DNA of 64,000 nt from Methanomassiliicoccales archaeon (GTDB lineage Archaea > Thermoplasmatota > Thermoplasmata > Methanomassiliicoccales > UBA472). A model generated the notes under the pieces. That model did no database searches, had not been told where the DNA came from, and saw only the letters and a list, made by a program, of their open reading frames with translations. Positions 47,828 to 55,199 of this stretch are shown here, piece by piece. Each line of letters opens with the position of its first letter. Positions within the stretch are counted from its first letter, which is position 1. The DNA lies in the NCBI GenBank assembly GCA_026394375.1, contig JAPKYJ010000024.1:35259-99258 (forward strand), read 5' to 3'. Made by a program: the position numbers and the translations under genes.

Positions 47828-48082
47828 ATGTTGGTTAAGAACAAGGAGAAACCCTCCAAACAAATGATCGCCAATACGGACAAATTAAAGGAAAAACTGT
47901 CGAAGGAGGGCATCAAGGTCCTCAGCCATTATTGGACGCTTGGAAGGTACGACGATGTCGCGATTATCGAAGCCCCTGATGAGAAAGCAATGCTGAAAGT
48001 GGGACTTGCATTGGCGGGCACCGTCGCGACCGAGACTCTTGTTGCCATTCCGAGAAAAGAAGCGATCAAGCTCCTCGGTTGA
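47828..48082 (+). CDS. GYD-domain protein
   Basis: 84 aa. Contains SHYWTLGRYDDVAIIEAPDEKAMLKVGLAL (GRYD core). Confidence 0.75.
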   Translation: MLVKNKEKPSKQMIANTDKLKEKLSKEGIKVLSHYWTLGRYDDVAIIEAPDEKAMLKVGLALAGTVATETLVAIPRKEAIKLLG

Positions 48083-48173
48083 AACCATTTCCCTTCCTTT
48101 CCTTATCACAGACCAATCGGGATGCGGTGAGGTTCGGGGCTCAGAGTCCTAATTGGCTCGATGACGAGAAAAA

Positions 48174-48193
48174 TGGACAAGGGGGGATTCGAA
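48174..48193. repeat. exact 20-nt copy of the tRNA-Ala 3' end (att-like, internal)
   Basis: TGGACAAGGGGGGATTCGAA is identical to 51424-51443. Confidence 0.8.
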
Positions 48194-48448
48194 TATCCTC
48201 CGAGCCAGATGTTCATTTCCTGAAGGGAATCAAAATGGAAATTCGAGTCTAAGGACGGAAAACCCTTTACTTCTTCTTTATTCACTAGACTTCATACTTC
48301 TTGATCCATCTGGCACTCTTCATTCGATGTCTAGCATCAGAATACTAGAGGTACTAGAGCTGATCATCCAGCATTACAACCCATGTCTAGTAGTGAGAAC
48401 TAGACTTGAGAAGGACCGTGAACTGTCGTAATCTAGGGGAGAACATGA

Positions 48449-49326
48449 CAAACGAAGCTGAAATGTGGCGATGTCCGCTTCGTAATCGCCTGCCCCGACC
48501 GGCACGAAAAGCACCTGGTCCACCAGGTCTGCCATCGTCTCCAATGCCCGACCTGCTACCAGGACGCGTCCGGCAGGTCGGCCCATCGCATCGAGGAACG
48601 CCTGAAAGGGTTGCGCAACGCCTACGGGCGGAATGGCGTCCGCCTGGGCAAGCCGAAGCACATTGTTTTCTCGCCGCCCCAGGAGGACTGGCCTGTGGAA
48701 AAGCTGGCCATGGATGGTGGCCGCGGCCTACGCGAGGAGCTCTACCGTCTCCTCCGCGGATACGCCAAGGACCGCGTCTATGGCGGTGCAGCCATCCTCC
48801 ATGATGAACGCCGCAAGCATCTGGACGACACCAATTGCGATACCAGGTGGTGCCGCCGGCGGCATAAGTGGGTGTGGGGGCCGCACATCCACTTCATCGG
48901 CTACGGGTTCTTCGAGAACTCCGCTCTGGTCTACGCCGAGACCGGCTGGGTCTACAAACGAATCGAGGATGACGGCGAACGGGACATCTTCGGCACCGCC
49001 AAGTACCAGCTCACCCACGCCGCCCTGTTCGTGGGTGCCGACGGCGAGCAGGTCGGCACCGCTTACCAGTTCGTCGGTACCATGGCGAACTGCAAGGGGG
49101 TCGGAAGGTGTTGGAGAAGTGGCAGGAGCCAGTGCCCTGCGGCACCTGCAAGAAGGAAATGCATGAGTATGGCGCCTTGGCCGGCGGGGGCGAGCCAGAC
49201 CTGACCGACGACCGTGGCGAGCATCTGGTCTGGCGGGTCGAGGTCGAGTGGTACATCAACGGACGGACCAGGGTGTTCGTTCAGAAGCTGCTCGCTGAGT
49301 GGCTTGAGGACGACGGGGGCGGCTGA
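48449..49326 (+). pseudogene. HUH-endonuclease gene (IS91-like transposase / rolling-circle Rep-like), disrupted
   Basis: The main frame reads KCGDVRFVIACPDRHEKHLVHQVCHRLQCPTC (Zn-binding) ... KHIVFSPP ... WGPHIHFIGYGFF (HUH) ... AKYQLTHAAL (Tyr motif). It has no canonical start after the upstream stop. It shifts frame at the G5 run at 49096-49100 into ...LEKWQEPVPCGTCKKEMHEYG... (ORF 49108-49326). Confidence 0.55.
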
Positions 49327-49367
49327 TGGGAGAAAGCGCGCCGGCCCGCAAGCTATCCTCTCGCAGG

Positions 49368-49397
49368 GCGGGCCTGCGATCGCTTAGGCAGGCCCGC
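49368..49397. repeat. perfect 10-bp inverted repeat (hairpin) downstream of the HUH gene
   Basis: GCGGGCCTGC (49368-49377) pairs with GCAGGCCCGC (49388-49397) across a 10-nt loop. The hairpin is 42 nt after the stop. Confidence 0.7.
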
Positions 49398-49407
49398 CGA
49401 GGCCACC

Positions 49408-49465
49408 TAGAAGGTCTTCTAGAGGGTCTTGTAGAAGGTCTCTAGAAGGTATCCTGGAAGGTCTT
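49408..49465. repeat. five tandem 11-12-nt iterons, TAGAAGGTCTT-like
   Basis: The units are TAGAAGGTCTT, TAGAGGGTCTT, TAGAAGGTCTC, TAGAAGGTATCC and TGGAAGGTCTT, starting at 49408, 49420, 49432, 49443 and 49455. Confidence 0.75.
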
Positions 49466-49519
49466 GTCGGTCTCGCGCGTAGCGCGTAGGGCCTGAGTTC
49501 GAAAAGGACAAGTGAGTAA

Positions 49520-49771
49520 ATGGCTGTTAAGAGAATCGGTGACTCATTGAAGTCCGAGGAGCGGCGGCGGCGGTATGACTTGACACTAGAATCGATACAG
49601 TTAAAATACATCTTCTGTCCGGCCTGTCACAAATCAATGTTGCGATGCAAGAAATGCCTTAACTGCGGATGGGGTACGGTCACCGTCACGCCGAAGGCGA
49701 CGGAGAGCATTGCGGCCAGCGCTGGCTTCGTCTACCATGTCACTGTTGCCTACACGCTTGCTCAGACCTAG
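49520..49771 (+). CDS. small zinc-ribbon protein (island-encoded)
   Basis: 83 aa. Contains CPACHKSMLRCKKCLNCG. Confidence 0.4.
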   Translation: MAVKRIGDSLKSEERRRRYDLTLESIQLKYIFCPACHKSMLRCKKCLNCGWGTVTVTPKATESIAASAGFVYHVTVAYTLAQT

Positions 49772-49851
49772 AGGGCGTGCGCTGAGAGCTGACGGAGTCG
49801 AAAGGACCGGAGGCCAAACCTCTTCCGTTCTTTCTTTGATGGTGACAGGCT

Positions 49852-50064
49852 GTGTGGACCTGGATTGAATGGCTGATGATGATTGGCAGTGGCCTGTTCC
49901 TGGCCGGGGCCTTCGTCGCCGTCGGCGGCAGCTCCGCCCTGTTGCCAGGCGTTGCTCTCATCGCCGGAGGGGTTCTGCTGATCCTGCTCGGAGCGTGGTC
50001 GTTCCGGAAGGCGCGGGAGAGCGGGGGAGAGAACGGGATAGTTTCTGACGGTCATCAGCGATGA
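49852..50064 (+). CDS. small two-TM membrane protein (island-encoded)
   Basis: 70 aa with two hydrophobic helices (WLMMIGSGLFLAGAFVAVGG and GVALIAGGVLLILLGAW). Confidence 0.4.
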   Translation: MWTWIEWLMMIGSGLFLAGAFVAVGGSSALLPGVALIAGGVLLILLGAWSFRKARESGGENGIVSDGHQR

Positions 50065-50082
50065 CACTATAGACAAAAGGGG

Positions 50083-50187
50083 GTGAAAAACGAAATGACA
50101 GCGGAAGTGAAGAAAGAGGAAGTGAAGAAACCGGAAGTGAAGAAAGAGGAAGTGAGCCGGTGGAAGAGGAAGTGAAAAACGAAATGA
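50083..50187. repeat. GGAAGTGA array (15-nt spacing) bracketed by a 16-nt direct repeat
   Basis: GAAGTGA starts at 50104, 50119, 50134, 50149 and 50169. GTGAAAAACGAAATGA occurs at 50083-50098 and 50172-50187. The array overlaps a 26-codon mini-ORF (50095-50175, MTAEVKKEEVKKPEVKKEEVSRWKRK). Confidence 0.7.
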
Positions 50188-50189
50188 AA

Positions 50190-50259
50190 GTAACGAAGGC
50201 TTTGACGCTAAACCCCAGTAATCCGTAACGAAGGCTTTGACGCTAAACCCCAGTAATCC
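50190..50259. repeat. perfect 35-bp tandem duplication
   Basis: GTAACGAAGGCTTTGACGCTAAACCCCAGTAATCC occurs at 50190-50224 and again at 50225-50259. An inverted near-copy of the core (TTAGCGTCAGAGCC) lies at 50321-50334. Confidence 0.85.
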
Positions 50260-50439
50260 TTCCTATGAGTAATAAGAATGAAACGACTGGCTAACCATCA
50301 TATCCGATGGAATAAGTAGTTTAGCGTCAGAGCCAACATTAATTCACCTTTATTTGACAGTCGTTGGCATTTCTTCCTCTACGATCTTTATCTCATCATT
50401 TGTCAGTTGATATAGTTCGTAGGCCCTGTTGCAAAAGTC

Positions 50440-50928
50440 TCAGGACCAGAATTCCTTTCGCATGGTCAGCTGAATTAGATTGAAGAGAGCGAGCTTGACC
50501 CGAACCTCATTTCTTCGACCGTTTTCCGACCGACATCGAAGAGGATATCCGAGCAGCGCTCCAATCATGCTGAAGACCGTCTCGGCATGTGCGCGCTTCG
50601 CGTACAGCGAAGCGAAACGGTTCGGCCAGTGATGCGCGAAGTTGACCAGCTTTTGATAGAAGTTCTTCGGCCGTTCAAAGTCACGAGCGTTCTTCCTGAT
50701 GCCATGGAGCGGCGTAGCTCCATGCTGGCGAGCTGCCAGCAGGCAGTCCTCCCCGTGATAAGCGGAGTCGGCCAGACTCCGCTTCACTTGCACGTTCGAG
50801 GGCAGACCGCTCCACACCTGCCTGAACATCTGGCTGTCGTGCACGTTCGAGCGCGTGAGCTCGAACGATAGAACGATGAACTCATCGACCTCGACACGGA
50901 CGACTGGGTCGTCTACGTGATCTCCCTG
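50440..50928 (-). pseudogene. IS4/IS5-superfamily DDE transposase, 5'-truncated remnant
   Basis: Only the C-terminal catalytic part is present: ...FELTRSNVHDSQMF...LADSAYHGED...YAKRAHAETVFSMI. The frame is open upstream only to 50928, with no start codon and no N-terminal domain. Confidence 0.7.
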
Positions 50929-51242
50929 TTATCGGGCTTTTTCAGCTGGGGAAGTTTCCTCAACCTCGCAGGCGACCTTATGCTGAACTGGACATTCGGC
51001 TCAAAGTGGTAAGCCGGTTCGCCGGACATGGGGTTGTTCTCATTGAGGATTCGGTACGCCCTCATGAGCGTAATCCGCATCCTGACCTCGGTTCCGTCGC
51101 TTAGATTGGCGACAATCCATGGGTCGTTCTTCTGCTCCACCAATACCTCAACAGCATCCTTGATGACACCTTTCACAATTAGCTGGATGACGTCCTCAGC
51201 CGGTTCTTGCTGTTTCTCCTGGGGTTTTTCTGCCATAGGCAT
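50913..51242 (-). CDS. hypothetical protein (island-encoded)
   Basis: 109 aa with coding-like composition. No family recognised. A 16-bp palindrome and a TATA-like box lie just upstream. Confidence 0.4.
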   Translation of the reverse strand: MPMAEKPQEKQQEPAEDVIQLIVKGVIKDAVEVLVEQKNDPWIVANLSDGTEVRMRITLMRAYRILNENNPMSGEPAYHFEPNVQFSIRSPARLRKLPQLKKPDNREIT

Positions 51243-51420
51243 CGTGATATAGAATGGATGTGGCCTAAAAAGGATATCCTTTTAACGCATGATTTCCCCG
51301 CTTCACGCCAACATAGCTGGTTTCTAACAAAGGGAGGGGGGTCTATCACCCCCATCCTTTTGCTTTGCCGTTGAAGATCTCGAGAACGCGGTCGGGCAGT
51401 CTTGGCGTGAGCCAGGAAAA

Positions 51421-51495
51421 TGGTGGACAAGGGGGGATTCGAACCCCCGGCTTCCGCCTTGCGAAGGCGGCGATCTTCCGCTGATCTACTTGCCC
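51421..51495 (-). tRNA. tRNA-Ala (anticodon CGC), CCA encoded
   Basis: Manual cloverleaf: GGGCAAG-TA-GATC-AGCGGAA-GATC-G-CCGCC-TTCGCAA-GGCGG-AAGCC-GGGGG-TTCGAAT-CCCCC-CTTGTCC-A-CCA. It has the G3:U70 alanine identity pair. Confidence 0.9.
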
Positions 51496-51589
51496 GTTGG
51501 CGTGGGGAATGAACGAGCGGGATATAACCTTTTGTCCGATTGGCCCTGGCTCTTGCCGTGACTCCAGTGAACCCTATGGAGAGCCATTC

Positions 51590-52945
51590 TTACTTTGTCT
51601 TCAATGAGGAGCGGACCCGCCTCACCACTTTCATGGTCATCTCCGGCGCCTTGCCGAGGTAAGATGCAGGGTCCATGACCTCCTCCAATTCCGCGCGCAT
51701 GAAAAGCTTGGCCACCTTCTTGTCCACTAGGAGCACGTCCATCAGATGAGCGCCCTCCATCTCCGCTTTCAGAGAGGCTTTGCGCACGATGGCATGAGCA
51801 TCCTGCCTTCCGAGGCCCTTACCCACCATGGCGATCATCACCGCCTCGGCCATGATCAGGCCGTTGGCGCTCTCGATGTTCTCCCTCATCTTTCCTTCGT
51901 GCACTTCCAGGCCGGAGAAGACCTCGTCCATCTTGATCAGGATGTCGTCCGTGAGCACGAACAAATGAGGCAGGATGAAACGCTCTGCGCTCGAGTTCGT
52001 GAGATCGCGCTCGTGCCACAGGTTCATATCCTCGATAGCCGGAATGGCGAATCCTCTAGCGATCCTAGCCAAGCCGCAGACGTTCTCCGAGAGCATGGGG
52101 TTGCGCTTCTGCGCCATGGTCGAGCTGCCCACCTGCTTCTCTCTGTCGAAACCCTCGGCCACCTCGTTGATCTCCGAGCGTTGCAGGTTGCGGACCTCGG
52201 TGGCGTATCTTTCGCAGGCTGAAGCGATGAGCGCAAGCAGGCATGCCAGTTCTGCATAACGATCGCGGCACACGATCTGGGTGGCCACCTCCTCCACGCC
52301 CAGGCCGAGCTGCTTCATGACATCGTCCTGCACCTTGAGGAAGTTCCGGCCAAGGGCGGCCCCGGTGCCCACTGCTCCGGACATCTTGCCCACGCACGCC
52401 CGCTTCCTGACCTCCTTCAGACGCTCCTGGAAACGCAGCATCTCCGCCACATAGCCGGCGATCTTGAAGCCGAAGGTCGTGGGGATGGCGAATTGGCCGT
52501 GGGTGCGGGCCACCATGATCGTGTTCTTGTGCCTCTCCGCCAGAGAGGCGAGGGTGAACGTGAACTGGGTCAGATCCCTCTCGATCAACGCCATCGCTCT
52601 TTTGATCTCCAGGGCCATGGCCGTGTCCACTATGTCGTTGGAGGTGGCGCCCAGATGAACATATCGTCCTGCTGGGCCGCTCTTCTCCGTGATGGCTTGG
52701 ACCATGGCCATGACGTCGTGCTTGGTGTCCGCCTCGATCCTCTTCACTCGTTCCAGCGTCACCAGTTTGGAGTGGCAGACCTTGGCGATGGCCTTGGCAT
52801 CTTTCAGAGGGATATCCCCTACCTTCGCAAGAGCGAGCGCCAGAGCTCCCTCCACCTTCAGTTGGGCGCGCAGGCGGCTCTCCTCGCTCAGGATGGCCTT
52901 CATCTCTTCTCGACCATAGCGGAAGTCCAGGGGACAGACGACCAT
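51590..52945 (-). CDS. purB: adenylosuccinate lyase
   Basis: 451 aa of the fumarate-lyase family. Contains HLGATSNDIVDTA and the GSSTMAQKRNP signature. Confidence 0.9.
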   Translation of the reverse strand: MVVCPLDFRYGREEMKAILSEESRLRAQLKVEGALALALAKVGDIPLKDAKAIAKVCHSKLVTLERVKRIEADTKHDVMAMVQAITEKSGPAGRYVHLGATSNDIVDTAMALEIKRAMALIERDLTQFTFTLASLAERHKNTIMVARTHGQFAIPTTFGFKIAGYVAEMLRFQERLKEVRKRACVGKMSGAVGTGAALGRNFLKVQDDVMKQLGLGVEEVATQIVCRDRYAELACLLALIASACERYATEVRNLQRSEINEVAEGFDREKQVGSSTMAQKRNPMLSENVCGLARIARGFAIPAIEDMNLWHERDLTNSSAERFILPHLFVLTDDILIKMDEVFSGLEVHEGKMRENIESANGLIMAEAVMIAMVGKGLGRQDAHAIVRKASLKAEMEGAHLMDVLLVDKKVAKLFMRAELEEVMDPASYLGKAPEMTMKVVRRVRSSLKTK

Positions 52946-53100
52946 AGGTTCACTGCCAAACGAATCAGGCTCTCTCGCCTTAAGTCTATCCTCTTTCCCC
53001 TCGAAGAGGGCGCCAGCACCTTTGCGACAAGGCCAACGGATGATAATGAACGAGAAAGGATTAAGAACAGTGCGGCGTCATATTCTGCCAAGGTAAGCAG

Positions 53101-54702
53101 ATGGTTGATGATTATAGAGGGAGGACACCAGTCGAACTGCTAAACTTCTTCCGTTCGCCTGGCGGGCACTCCCTTCTCATCAAGGGAGACGCCGGCACGG
53201 GAAAGACCACCTTGGCGCTCCAGCTCATAGAGGAGCTAGCAGAGGAGATGCCGGACTACTACATGTCCATGCGAGTCTCGGATGAAGCGCTATACCGTCA
53301 ATTCCCCTGGCTGGAGGAGAAGTCCCGGCGCAACAACGTGCTGCGTATGGGACGGGCGTTCCTCACCCGGACCAAGAAGACGTTCCCTAGGGACGCTCAG
53401 ACGATACAAGACGAGGGCAAGCTACGGGTGGCCAAGGATCTGCTCAAAGTGCTATCCGGACCAGAGGGCAGCAAGACGGTCACACGCACGGAGCTGCTCA
53501 AGCTAGAGGGCCAGATCGAGAGCGGGGAGATAGGCAGAGAGGAAGTAGCCACATTCTCCGCCGAGGTGAGCGAGGAATCCATCGTTTTCGACGTGGGAGC
53601 GATCCTGCCGGAGCTGGAGCTTGCCTACGACCTGGTCGAGGCTAACCTGCCCAAGAGGACGTTCCTAGTAGTGGATAGCATCGACGCGCTGGCTGAGCAT
53701 TATGGCATCGAACGGCAGCGCATAATGAATACCTTGCAGAAGGACCTGGTCGAGCAATCGGGCACGAACATCGCCTACGTCATGGAGACGTCGGAGAAGA
53801 GCCTCTTCGACTATCTGGGCGATGGCTTGGTGCGACTTTACAATGAACAGAGGGGCGGCAGGCGCATCCGGGAGCTGGTACTGGAGAAGCTGCGCGGCCT
53901 ACGGGTGGACCGTTGGAAGTATCCTTTCACACTGCTTGATGGAAGATTGAGGGTGCTAGAGAGCTTGCAGCTGCGGATCCCGGAGGACCTGGAGAAGCAT
54001 CTCCCGGTCAAGGATCCGAACGAGGAGAGCATCTCCACCGGCAACATCAGCATGGATGGCGTCCTTGGAGGCTTGCCTCGAGGCGGAGTGGTCCTGCTGG
54101 AAGTGGGCGAGGACGTCTCGCAGGAGTTCTTGAAGGCCATGGAGCACGTTCTCATCGCCGATCAACTGAGCAAGCGGCGGGGAGTGGTCTGGTTCCCGCT
54201 TTTTGCCATCAACTACGCCGTCCTGGAGAAACAGATGCGGAAGTTGGCCGGGAAGGAGGCACTCTCCAGTGGGCTACGAATCTTGGACGCGGAGGCTGAC
54301 CTGGAGAGCCGCTACGATTTCGTTTCCATGGTGGAGGGGAGCGATGCCACCCAGGACCTCCGCTTCAACACCGTGCGATACGCGCTTTCCTCAGCGCAAG
54401 AGCCCTATCTATCCTTGCTCGGATTCGACTCCCTGCAGGCGACATACGGGATGGATGCGCTGACGGATGTCCTGGTGCACGTGGAGGCGATGAAGCGCAA
54501 CGGTCATGTGGTCGTGATCGAAGCAACATCCTCCTCAGGAGCGCTCAAGCAGCTGGCGCACCAGGCGCAGCTTCACATCCGGTTGGAGAGCCTGGCCGGG
54601 ACGGTGGTTCTGTGCGGGATCAAGCCTTATACGCAGTACTACTACCTGGACTTCGAGCGGAGCACGGGCAAGATCGCACCGGACCTCGTAGCCATGGTAT
54701 GA
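53101..54702 (+). CDS. GvpD/KaiC-like RecA-superfamily ATPase with degenerate second domain
   Basis: 533 aa. Domain 1 has LLNFFRSPGGHSLLIKGDAGTGKTTLALQLIEEL (Walker A) and FLVVDSIDAL (Walker B). Domain 2 begins ISTGNISMDGVLGGLPRGGVVLLEVGEDVSQEF, so the P-loop position is not a Walker A. Confidence 0.65.
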   Translation: MVDDYRGRTPVELLNFFRSPGGHSLLIKGDAGTGKTTLALQLIEELAEEMPDYYMSMRVSDEALYRQFPWLEEKSRRNNVLRMGRAFLTRTKKTFPRDAQTIQDEGKLRVAKDLLKVLSGPEGSKTVTRTELLKLEGQIESGEIGREEVATFSAEVSEESIVFDVGAILPELELAYDLVEANLPKRTFLVVDSIDALAEHYGIERQRIMNTLQKDLVEQSGTNIAYVMETSEKSLFDYLGDGLVRLYNEQRGGRRIRELVLEKLRGLRVDRWKYPFTLLDGRLRVLESLQLRIPEDLEKHLPVKDPNEESISTGNISMDGVLGGLPRGGVVLLEVGEDVSQEFLKAMEHVLIADQLSKRRGVVWFPLFAINYAVLEKQMRKLAGKEALSSGLRILDAEADLESRYDFVSMVEGSDATQDLRFNTVRYALSSAQEPYLSLLGFDSLQATYGMDALTDVLVHVEAMKRNGHVVVIEATSSSGALKQLAHQAQLHIRLESLAGTVVLCGIKPYTQYYYLDFERSTGKIAPDLVAMV

Positions 54703-54777
54703 TCAGGACCTGGGTCAAGTATCAGTTTTGATAGTCCGGCGAGAAATGCTTTATCAGTCCACCTCCTAGAAGGGAAC

Positions 54778-55089
54778 ATGCCTGGGGAGCAAGCTCGGCG
54801 GACTGCGGCCAAGCTCTTGGCGGATGACTACGCCGGGCGCATTTTGTCGGCCACGTATAAAAGCCCGAGGTCCATCCAACAGCTGAGCCGTTTGTGCGAC
54901 ATCCCCATCGCCGTGGCGTACCGTCGAGTGGCGCTGATGGAGAGGCTCGGCCTGGTCCGATGCGTGCGGCAGGACGAATCCTACCGGGGGAAGAAGGTGA
55001 AGTACTATTCCTGCGCCGTTCGCTCCCTCGAGCTGTCGTTCAGGAACGGCGAGTTCTCGGTCAGTTTGGACCCGTTGCGACCGGAGTGA
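54778..55089 (+). CDS. ArsR-like winged-helix transcriptional regulator
   Basis: 103 aa. Contains LLADDYAGRILSATYKSPRSIQQLSRLCDIPIAVAYRRVALMERLGLV...GKKVKYY. Confidence 0.65.
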   Translation: MPGEQARRTAAKLLADDYAGRILSATYKSPRSIQQLSRLCDIPIAVAYRRVALMERLGLVRCVRQDESYRGKKVKYYSCAVRSLELSFRNGEFSVSLDPLRPE

Positions 55090-55199
55090 GGAGGATTCTC
55101 GGTCATCATGTATCCAGGTGGCCATTGCTAGAGGTTAAGTATTGCGGACGATGATTCTGGACGCAGAGGAGCTCCGAACCCTGACGAGGGGCGGAGGGG

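Larger units (their letters stand above)
45431..51443. mobile_element. tRNA-Ala-anchored accessory island: two tandem, apparently decayed integrated modules
   Basis: Three direct att-like copies of the tRNA 3' end at 45431, 48174 and 51424. The sequence right of the first two copies is homologous. The content includes an HUH pseudogene, iterons and a transposase remnant. No integrase was found. Confidence 0.55.

Noticed and set aside
50103-50175. GGAAGTGA array considered as a CRISPR or mini-CRISPR
   Set aside because: The unit length is only 15 nt, there are no unique spacers, and there is no leader or cas gene. It is a simple tandem repeat.
51179-51430. 83-aa minus-strand ORF abutting the tRNA-Ala 3' end
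   Set aside because: I checked it as a possible integrase N- or C-fragment. It is Arg/Ser-rich with no catalytic motifs, and it overlaps the palindrome/promoter region of the 109-aa ORF.
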